From an uncultured Gemmatimonadaceae bacterium (GTDB lineage Bacteria; Gemmatimonadota; Gemmatimonadetes; Gemmatimonadales; Gemmatimonadaceae): a DNA stretch of 64,000 nucleotides. Location: the NCBI GenBank assembly GCA_963829055.1, contig CAWHHI010000011.1, forward strand, positions 384,001 through 448,000, read 5' to 3'. Both the position numbers and the translations under genes were made by a program. The notes under the pieces were generated by a model, which worked only from the letters and a program-made list of their open reading frames with translations, was not told the origin of the DNA and ran no database searches. Of this stretch, positions 33,032-42,395 are shown piece by piece (the stretch's first letter is position 1; each line of letters starts with the position of its first letter).

Positions 33032-36000
33032 CTACTTGTCGTGAATCTGAATGCTACCACCACCGAGGAGTGCGTGGTGTGCCAGACGGATCGCGGTCGT
33101 CCGGCGCGCCCATTCGGTTGTCGTAACGGTGGCACCGTCGGTGCCATTGCGTTCTTGATTCCGATTTTCATGCGGAACGTGTCGGGCGCGCCCTTCGACT
33201 CGTCGCCGTCGATGGCGGTGAGCATGAAGCCGTACCTCACCGCCTCCGTTGATCGTGCCGACGCCCTTGTACTGCGCCTTCGTGCCGGCGATCACGAGCC
33301 AGTCGTACGACGTCGAGCTTGAAGTTCAAGTTGCCGGCCTGGAACTGGAACTCCGTGTTGCCCGTCCGGCGCGGTCTGACCCTTCTTGTACTTCGCGACG
33401 AAGCCGAAGTTGGCCTTGCCCACTGCGCCGCCGCACGTCCGGCTAAGCTGACAGGCGCCCGACGGCGAGTTGATCCAGCCGCCGCCGGTCACGAATCCAC
33501 CGGACGGGTCGTACACGACTATGTAAGCGAAGGTCTCGCTCTGACTGGTGCGCGACCCGGTGCCGGCATTGTTATCCCTGACCGTGACCCGCACCGTATA
33601 GACCCCCGCTGCTTGGTACGTGTTGCCCCCTGATACGATGCCTTGCACGCTGGAGGTCGGCTCCGACGCGACCGGTGAAAACGTCGAGGTGAAGCTGCCA
33701 GGCGTTTTCGCATTCGTCGCGAGGTCCCAATCCCAATCGACGCTGAACGTGTGCGTATCCGTCAGCCCCGGGTCAATGAACTTCGCGGTCAGATTGGCCG
33801 CCGACCCAAGTGAGATCGCCGTCGTTGGTAACGTTATCGATGTGACGGTCGGCGCGACGTTATTGACCGTCAGAACCTTCGTTAGGCTCGTCCCGGCGTA
33901 GTTCTGATCGCTCGAGACGAAATCCACGCGAATATCATACGGCCCTGCGCCGAACACCGGCGTTCCAACAGTGACGGTTGTTGATGGAAGCAATGTGTAC
34001 ACAAAAGTGCCAGCGACCGCTGGACCCGCGATTACCGGTTGAGCTATAGCGTTGAGTTGTGCCGCCGTGAGCTGGCTTCCTTGGTCCACGGAAGACGGCA
34101 TGCCGTTCCAAACGATCGCAGGCGTCGCCTTCGTCACTGAGAGTTTTCCGTTGACGTAAGCGATGTTGTAGTTCGCGAGCGCGCCGCCGACCGCTGCCGT
34201 CGGGATGATGTCGTACGGCGAACCCGCTACCGCTGCCGCCGCTGGTGTGCCAGCACTGGTGAGCGTGACGGACGCGACCACGTCGCCATTCACCAGCTGA
34301 CCGCTCCCGGTGGTGAAGCCGGTTGCTCCGTCCAGAACCAGTGCCTGGCCATATGTCTTCGTCGCGTTCTTAGCCGTGATCGTGAGCGCCCGCGCGTTCA
34401 CCGTCAGCTTACCGTCTACGTAGCCGACCGCGTAGTTGGCGAGCCCCGTCCCAGCGGCGGCACTCGGCGCGACTGCGAAGGGCGAGCCAGCGACCAATGC
34501 CGTCGCCGCGGCTCCCGCACTCGTCAACGTTACACCGGTCACCGCGTCTCCATTGACCAACTGCCCGGCTACTGTCGTGAACCCGGCCGCGCCGTCCAGC
34601 GCGGCGACGTCACCGTAGGTCTTGCTGACGTCCTTGGCGGTAATCGTCAGGGTCCGATGATTCACAGTCAGCTTGCCGGGGACATAGCCGATCGCGTAGT
34701 TCGTGAGTCCCGTACCGACGGCTACGCTCGCGACGACGTCGTACGGCGAGCCAGCGACCAGGGCGGTTACAACGGCACCCGGGCTCGCCAGCGTCACGCT
34801 GTTGACGACGTCGTTGTTCACGAGCTGGCCCGCTCCTGTTGTGAATCCCACTGCGCCGTCAAGCGTGGCGGCGTCGCCGTACACCTTACTCGCGTCCTTG
34901 GCGGTAATCGTCAGGGGACGCGGGTCGACCTTCAGATTGCCCTTTACGTAGCTGATCACGTAGTTGGCCAAGGCCGCACCCGACGCGGCGCTGGCTATGA
35001 TGTCGTAGTTCCCCACCGCCGCCGTTCCTAGCGTACCGGCGCTCGTCAACGTCACGCCGTTCACAGCGTCGCCATTCACCAGATCGCCGGTCCCGGTCGT
35101 AAAGCCCGACGCGCCATTGAGAGTGGCGACGTCGCCGTAGATCTTAGCGAGGTCCTTGGCCGTGATCGTTAGGGTCCGCGGCTTCACGGTGAGCTTGCCG
35201 GCTGCGTAGTCGATCGCGTAGTTGTCCAATCCCGTGCCTACCGCCGCACTCGCTGCGATCGCGTATGGTGAGCCTCCCACGAGTGCGGCCCCCGGCGCGC
35301 CGGCGCTCGTCAGCGTCACGCTGTTCACGACGTCTTCGTTCACCAACTGCCCGGACCCGGTCGAGAACTCGTTTCCGGCGAAGGTCACCATTTCGCCATA
35401 GGTCTTGGTCCTGTCGTTGGCGGTAACGGTCAACGGCCGTGGGCTCACGTTCAGCTTGCCCTTCTGGTAAGTGACAGTGTAGTTCAGCAGTCCGGTGCCG
35501 ACTGCCGCGCTTGCGACGATGTCGTAGCTCGGCCACTGTCGCCGTCGCCACCGCGCCTGGGCTGATCAAACGTGACGCTGCTGACCACGTCTCCGTTCAC
35601 CAAGTCGCCTGTGCTAGTTGTGAAGCCGCTCGCCCCGTCGAGTACCGCCGGATCGCCATAGATCTTGTTGGCATCCTTGGCGGTAATGGTGAGCGGACGC
35701 GGCCCGACGGTCAGCTTGCCGTTCACGTAGCCGATTGTGTAGTTGCGCGAGTCCCGTGCCGACGGCATTGCTCGCGACAATGTCGTACGGCGACCCACCG
35801 ACGGACGCCGATGCAGGCGCGCCAGCGCTCGTCAGCGTCACCGAGCTCACTCCGTCGCCGTTGAGCAGTCCCACCGTTGTGAACTCGGTACCGGCGAAGG
35901 TCACCGTTTGACCGTAGACCTTTGTACGCGCGGCGGCGGTAATTGTCAGCGCCTTCGGGTCGACCTTCAGCTTCCCGACGGCATACGTGATCACGTAGTT

Positions 36001-38532
36001 CGTGAGCCCCGTGCCCACGGCATTGCTCGGTGTGATGTCGTACGGTGACCCCGCACACCGCCGCCGTCGCCGCCGCGCCTACGCTCGAGAGGGCAACGGA
36101 GGCTACGGCGTCGCCGCTAACGACGCCGGTCGCCGTAAACTCTGTACCGGCGAAAGTCACTGCTTCGCCGTAGGCCTTTGTTCGGTCGCTGGCGGTGATA
36201 GTCAGTGCCTTCGGATCGACCTTCAAGAGTGCGGTTCCAAACGACCCCGCCAGCGTGGCGTCTGCCGTGAATTCGGCACGCACGCCTGAGCTGGCGCCCG
36301 GGCTATACGTCCCTGCGTTGACTCCCGCGAGACTCACGTTAGGCAATATCGCGACGCCACTCGCATTGGTCGTTGCCGTTCCGGCAGGGGTTCCGTTCAG
36401 TGAAAACGCGACGGCCTTCCCGGAGAGCGGAGTAGTTCCAGTCTTGAGCGTGGCCCTCAGCGTGGCCGTTCCGCCGTAGGCACCCGTTGCCGGATCGACC
36501 GCCAGCGTGGTCGCAATTTGATTGATGACCTGGGCGACCTGTGTACTGGTGCTAGTCACGAAGTTTGTAGCACCGGCGTACGTGGCAGTGACGTTGTGCG
36601 TGCCGACCACCAAGGCTGATGTCGTGAACGTTGCCGTTTGCACGCCACCGATATTCGAGAGCGGCACGGCACCAAGGGTCGTCGCGCCTTCCTTGAAATC
36701 GACATTCCCCGTTGGCGTGCCCGCTCCTGGACTCACGGCCGCGACGGTTGCCGTGAACGTCACCGGCTGACCGAACGTCGACGGGTTGAGGGACGACGCA
36801 AGCGTTGTAGTCGTCTGCGCTTGATTGACGACTTGGCTGAGGGGCGCACTCGTACTCGCGTTGAAACTCCCTGCGACGCCGGTGTAGTCGACGGTGATGG
36901 AATGCGAACCGACAATGAGCGCGCTGGTTGACACAGTCGCCTGTCCATTCGCCAAGTTTACGGTACCTAGCGCCGCTGCTCCGTCCTTGAATGTGACCGA
37001 CCCACTCGGGGTGCCAGCCGAAGCCGTGACGGTCGCAGTAAATGTGACAGACTGGCCAAATACGGATGGGTTGGCCGAGCTTGCCACCGTTGTGGTGGTG
37101 TTGACCGCAGATGGCGCGGCGATCGCCAGCGTGACATTGGCCGATTCCTCGAACTGAGGATTGGGCGGCCCACAGTCGCCAGCACTCCCTGTAGCTCGGA
37201 CCTTGAACGTATGGTTTCCGGTCGCAACTGCGGCGGTCGTATTCACCGTCAGCAGCGAATTCCTAACGTCTTGGTTTGCACCCTGTAAGGTGGACGGAGC
37301 AAACGTGGCCGTCGCGCCACTTGGCAGTCCAACAGCGGTAAGGGTGACCGTACATGTACCACTGCCGTTGAACGCGACTGCAACAGACGTCGCTGCGGTA
37401 GTGCCGTACGTGGCTGATCCACCCGGGCTGAACGAGCTCGGCGTCTGACCACCGAGAACGGTTACAGTCTTGATCGAGGTGTTGTCGGTGAACGTCGTCT
37501 GGGCGCGGCGACCGCTTGCTGACCGACCGCCGTCAGCACGAACCGCACGCCGATGTCGTATTCCTTCGGCGCGAAGTCGGTGTTGGTGATGCTTCCGTTC
37601 CCGTCTGCGATCGCGGTCAACTCGGTATCTGCGTCGCGTAGCGGATCCATGTGCAACGTCAACTTCACTGTCTCACCGGCCTGCCAGCCGGAACCCGTGA
37701 TGACGACTGGAGTCCCAGGCGCATAGTCGTCCTTATCCGTCTTGACCACGGCGCCGGTCGTGTTTCCCGCCTCGACGGTGAGCAGCACCACCTGCCCACC
37801 AACCGACGTCCCCGTCTGCCCCACGGCATCGAGGCTGACTCCGGCCGCCCCGTTAGGCACCTGGAACCCATACGTCGCCATGTTCGCGTAGGCGATCGGC
37901 CCCGTACCCGAGGTCAGAATCGTCGTGCCCCGCGAGTTCAACGCGCGGGCAGCGTCATAGCTCAACAGGTTCGCATCCGCCGTTACCGGCAGCGGCGTGA
38001 TCCCACGCAGCCAGTCATACCGCGCGCTGGACGACGACGAACCATCGAGCAACCCAACGAGCCCCGGCCCCTTCGCCGTCCCGAACGCTCCGGCGGCCCA
38101 CGCCGTGAGGTTCTGGATCAACGCATCCTTCGCCGTCCTGTTGGACGCACCCTGATCCGGCGATCCCGACCACAGTGCGATCCGCCCGATGAGCGCCGCC
38201 TTGAGGTGCTCCACCACCTCCGGGTCGCGCAGCTTCGCGTACGGCTGCGACGTCGCGCCATCGGCCAGCGACGGCACGACGAACACCGAATACGTGAACA
38301 GGTCGACCGTCTTGAGGTCGACCGTCCCGCCGGTGCCGTCGAACCCGCGGTCGACGCCTAACGGGAACGCGCCGCCGCTCAGGGCAGTGACGATCGCGTT
38401 ACACCCGGTCGCGTCGACCGACACCGGGCAGTACACCAGCGCCTTCTGGGCCTGGGTCGTGGACGGCACTACGGCAAGTACGCCGAGCATCACGCTGGCG
38501 AGCAGCGTGACGCGCTGAATCGACAATCTCAT
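33032..38532 (-). CDS. Large secreted repeat adhesin B: same N- and C-domains as adhesin A, two Ig-like group-3 domains, about 8 longer MBG-like repeats, PKD-like domain (several indels)
   Basis: Signal peptide; N-domain 'QKALVYCPVSVDATGCN...TDKDDYAPG'; 'TTTTVASSANPSVFGQSVTFTATV' and 'TTTTLASSLNPSTFGQPVTFTATV'; about 260-bp repeats 'PRPLTITAKD..K.YGD....L..GD.V..VTLTSAG...Y.I..S.A.GTGL.NY.I.YV.GKLTV'; C-terminus 'VVYDPSGGFVTGGGWINSP...GGGSIQIHDK*'. Confidence 0.88.
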
Positions 38533-38563
38533 GTGTCGCGCTCGTTAGGCGAAGGAGGCAGGA

Positions 38564-38848
38564 TCAGTTGCAGGTTTCCTTGACGAGCGCATCCAGCGAC
38601 TTCAGTCGCTGCTGGCCGAGCGTATCGGCCACGGTCGAATCGAGCTGAGCCTTAGCGACGTCACGCTCGACGAGATACACGCGGCAAATGGTCGACGCAC
38701 CACTGGGGACGTCGGTCGCGGATGCGGATGCCGCCGCCGCAGTGGGCGCCACCGCTGGCGCGGTGGGCACGGCGGAAGACTTCGACGGCTCGTCTTCACA
38801 GCCGACGACGAACGAGATCGCGAGAAGAACGGGGATCGCGCGCTTCAT
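38564..38848 (-). CDS. Small lipoprotein B
   Basis: 'MKRAIPVLLAISFVVGC' lipobox; 'GASTICRVYLVERDVAKAQLD..QQRLKSLDALVKETCN*'. Confidence 0.85.
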   Translation of the reverse strand: MKRAIPVLLAISFVVGCEDEPSKSSAVPTAPAVAPTAAAASASATDVPSGASTICRVYLVERDVAKAQLDSTVADTLGQQRLKSLDALVKETCN

Positions 38849-39004
38849 CTTTGCACCAGGAATTGTCGGGGTCGCCGATAGCGATATCGGCAAGGCGAGT
38901 ACACGAGGCGTCTGATGCACGGCGGGACCTGCGACATCGCACCGGACCGCACACGAGCCCGAGCTCAGATCACCCAGCGCCGCGCAAACATCTGATCGCG
39001 CAGC

Positions 39005-39046
39005 GTAACAGCATCACAGTGACGAAACTGTGACGGCTGAATTACG
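39005..39046 (-). promoter_or_regulatory. Putative OmpR/PhoB-family binding direct repeats
   Basis: Minus strand GTAAT-N7-GTCAC-N6-GTCAC-N9-GTTAC; the central GTCAC pair has 11-bp periodicity; lies between the two-component operon and lipoprotein B. Confidence 0.45.
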
Positions 39047-39144
39047 GTTCGTTCATGGTCGCCGGATGTCGACACGGCGAGTCATGTCCATACCCGCGAT
39101 GCTAAGAAATTCGCGAGATGGTTTTCCTTAGTGTCCCGGCGAAT

Positions 39145-40587
39145 TCAGGCGGGCGCTGGTATCTCTCGACGCCGGAGCCGGCGGTCAGCTTCCTGGCTCA
39201 CGTCCGCGGCGGACAGGATGATGCGAAAAGTCGAGCCCTCGCCGACCTCGCTCTGCACCTCGAGACGATACCCCATGAGGTCGCATAACGATTTCGAGAC
39301 CGCGAGACCCAACCCGGTCCCACCGTACTGCCGCGCCGTGCTGCTGTCGGCTTGCTCGAACGCTCCGAAGATCGCTTGCTGTCTGTCGGCCGGAATACCG
39401 ATCCCGGTATCCACGACCTCAATGCGCTCCGGACGACGCGACGCCGCGTCCGCGAGGACCCGTACCACGACGCGACCGTGCTCGGTGAACTTGATCGCGT
39501 TCCCAATCAGGTTCGTGAGCACCTGCAACAGCTTCGCCGGGTCACTCATGATCGGCGTCAGGTGGTCGGGGATCTCCGCATCCAACACGATCGGGCGGTC
39601 GCGCAACTGCCCCTCGAACGACGCGATCGTGTCCTCGACCAACTCGCCAACGGCAACCGGAGCCCGCTCGAGCCGCATCCGCCCTGCCTCGATCTTCGAC
39701 AGATCCAGTACTTCGTCGATGAGCGAGAGCAGATGCCCGCCGCCGGCCTTGATGCGCTGCAGGTACACGAGATCCCGCTCCAGCAGGTTGCCCGCGCGGT
39801 TGCGCAGCAGCACGTTCGAGAAACCGATCACCGAGTTGAGTGGAGTCCGGAGCTCGTGACTCATCATGGCGAGGAACTCGCTCTTCGCGCGACTCGCCGC
39901 CTCCGCAAACTCCTTGGCGCGGCGCGCCTCCTCCTCGGCCCGAAGCCGTCGGTCAATGTCCCGGGTCACCACCAGCGCTGCTGCGAGGCCGAGCATCACC
40001 GCGACGAAGAAGCTCCCGGCGATGAGCGTCGTCGCGCGACTCATGCTGTGGCGCTCCTGCTCGGACCGGTCGCGAAGGCGCGCGGATTCGTCGGCAGCCA
40101 TGGCCGCCACTACACCACGAATCGAATCCATCACCACGCGTCCTCGGCCGGACCGAGCAGACGTGGCGGCGCTATTGAAGCCTCCGTTCGCCCGCAGGCG
40201 GATGGCGTCGTCGAGAATCGCAAACCGCTGCGCCACGAGCGGCGTCAGCCGCTCGAGTCGCTCCCGCTGCGCCGAGTCGCCCTCGGCAAGACGCTCGAGT
40301 GCTCGAAGCCGAGTGACAGCGTCGGCCTCCGCGGTCCGATACGGTTCGAGGTACTGTGCGTCACCCGTGATGACGAAACCACGCGAGCCTGTCTCGGCTC
40401 CAGTAACGAGAGAAAGGACATCCTGGAGCGTGCGCAGGATGACGTTCGTGCGTTCCGCGCGCGCGGTCGTTTCGCCGAGCCGCTCGACGCTCTGGTATGC
40501 GATCGCCCCGATCACGGCGAGATAGAGGACCCCCACCATGAACGCCCCCGCGACCTTCTCGGACAGCGTTAGGCGACGCAACTTCAT
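39145..40587 (-). CDS. Sensor histidine kinase with CHASE3 periplasmic domain
   Basis: TM, 'AETGSRGFVITGDAQYLEPY' (CHASE3), TM, H-box 'MMSHELRTPLNSVIG', 'NLIGNAIKFT', 'DTGIGI', 'GGTGLGL'; no C-terminal receiver. Confidence 0.93.
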   Translation of the reverse strand: MKLRRLTLSEKVAGAFMVGVLYLAVIGAIAYQSVERLGETTARAERTNVILRTLQDVLSLVTGAETGSRGFVITGDAQYLEPYRTAEADAVTRLRALERLAEGDSAQRERLERLTPLVAQRFAILDDAIRLRANGGFNSAATSARSGRGRVVMDSIRGVVAAMAADESARLRDRSEQERHSMSRATTLIAGSFFVAVMLGLAAALVVTRDIDRRLRAEEEARRAKEFAEAASRAKSEFLAMMSHELRTPLNSVIGFSNVLLRNRAGNLLERDLVYLQRIKAGGGHLLSLIDEVLDLSKIEAGRMRLERAPVAVGELVEDTIASFEGQLRDRPIVLDAEIPDHLTPIMSDPAKLLQVLTNLIGNAIKFTEHGRVVVRVLADAASRRPERIEVVDTGIGIPADRQQAIFGAFEQADSSTARQYGGTGLGLAVSKSLCDLMGYRLEVQSEVGEGSTFRIILSAADVSQEADRRLRRREIPAPA

Positions 40588-41428
40588 GACGGATGGCGCC
40601 CGTTGTCAGGAATCCCGGTCGACGAACCCGGGCTACGACGGGCGAGCAACCGTTCGATGGCGTGGACGAGCAGATCTGCTCGTCCACGATGGGCTTCGCC
40701 ACATAGTCGTCGAACCCGGCGGTGAGGTAACGCTCCCGATCACCCGCCATCGCATGCGCCGTGACCGCGATGACCGGCACCGTCCGTAACGTCCGATCCT
40801 GGCGCATGCGTGCAAGTACCTCTATGCCGTCCATGCCGGGGAGCGACACATCGAGAAGCACGAGATCCGGCCGGCGGCTGACCATCGCCTCGAGCGCGTC
40901 GGCACCAGTCGGATATTCGTCGAGGACGAATCGGTCGCCGAGAATCGCCTCGACAAGCAGCCGATTATCCGCGTTGTCCTCGATCACGGCGATGACGGGC
41001 CCTGCGGACGAGATCGCGCGAGTGGACGGACGTGCACCAGCTCCGGTGCGCGCGATGAGCCACTCGCTGAACGCGGCATAGTGTCCCTCTGCCTCCACGA
41101 GAAGCGTCTCTCCGGCGGCAAGATCTTCTCGCTCCGCCGCGCCTTCCGCCGCGTCACAGACCTTTGCGAGCGCGTCGGCGCCGAGCTGCGCTGCGCTCGA
41201 CTTCATCGCATGGGCGAAACGCGCGAGAGACGAAGCGTCCCGCGACGTCAATGCGGCGCGAGCACCCTCGAACCGCTCCGGCATGTCCTGGAGAAAGATC
41301 GCGGCAAGGCTACGCACGAAATCTTCACCCCCGAGTCGCATCAGCCGCTCGAGCGTCGCGGTCTCGCGATCGCGAGACACGAGTTCAGCGCCGCCTGTGG
41401 CGCGATCGGAATCAGCGGGGCCGTGCAC
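40584..41428 (-). CDS. Hpt-receiver fusion protein (indel near 3' end)
   Basis: Hpt motif 'AHAMKSSAAQLGA..LAKVC' followed by receiver 'VIEDN', 'LLDVSLPGMDG', 'VTAHA', 'YVAKP'; stop overlaps the kinase start (ATGA). Confidence 0.85.
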
Positions 41429-41433
41429 GTCGG

Positions 41434-42127
41434 TCAGGCCGTTTCTTTCCCCATCGCGTCGTGGGACAGCATGAAGCCTATGCCCCGCACGGTCTCCAGC
41501 TGTACGCTGGCGTTCGCCGATCGGAGCTTTGCCCGGAGGCGCGCGACGTGCACGTCAACGACGTTGGAACCGGGGTCGAAATGAAAGTCCCACACCTTCT
41601 CCAGAAGCTCGGTTCGCGGCACGACTTCGTCGGCCCTCACCATTAGATACTCGAGAAGCGCGAACTCCTTGGGCGTCATGTGAAGCGCCTGGCCCTCCAC
41701 CGTCGCGGTGCGCTTCCGGCTGTCGAGTCGAATGCCACCCAGGGCCAATGGCTCAGCGGCGCCGCGCGCCTCCACGACGCACCAGGGCACGAACGCGCGC
41801 TTTCAGCTCGTCGAGATCGAACGGCTTGATCAGATAGTCATCGGCGCCAGCGTCGAGCCCGCGCACGACGTCCTGCGTTTCTCGCCGGCCCGTGAGGATG
41901 AGCGTAGGCGTCAGTCGGCCCTCGCGCCGCATCTCCTGGAGCAACTGCAGCCCCGACTTCAGCGGAAGCAGCAGGTCCAGCACGATGGCGTCGTACTCGT
42001 TCACGAACGCAAGCGCCCCGGCCTGCTCGCCATCGGACGCGACATCCACGGCGAATCCATCTTCCGTGAGCGCGCGGCGAATCAGCGCCGAAAGCATCCG
42101 ATCATCTTCAACGACCAGTAGCTTCAT
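41434..42127 (-). CDS. OmpR/PhoB-family DNA-binding response regulator (one indel)
   Basis: 'MKLLVVEDD', 'LDLLLP', 'GADDYLIKPF', winged helix 'TPKEFALLEYL', 'SNVVDVHVARLRAKL', 'TVRGIGF'. Confidence 0.92.
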
Positions 42128-42395
42128 AAGAGGTCAGTCACGAGACCGCGCAGACTGGGGGAATCTCGGCTCCGCGTCGTCGTTATAACCGCCGGAGCCA
42201 GCCTGGGCCAAGGCGTTCCCAAGCAATCAACAGACCGTTCCGGGGCGCCGATAGACCCCAATCGGCGTCGGGTTAGCTGGCGGTTGGGCGGCCAACCGTG
42301 CCCGGTAAGTACCCAGTAACACGGCCGGGACGACGGTCAAACGGCCGATGACCGCGCTGGGCGGCCACCGGCTCGAACGATGGGACGACGGAGCC

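Noticed and set aside
31637..38341. Adhesin duplication as an assembly duplication
   Set aside because: Outside one short patch the copies are clearly diverged and their stalks differ.
39131..40572. Long plus-strand ORFs opposite the histidine kinase, and similar antisense ORFs elsewhere
   Set aside because: Antisense shadow ORFs are expected in high-GC coding DNA.
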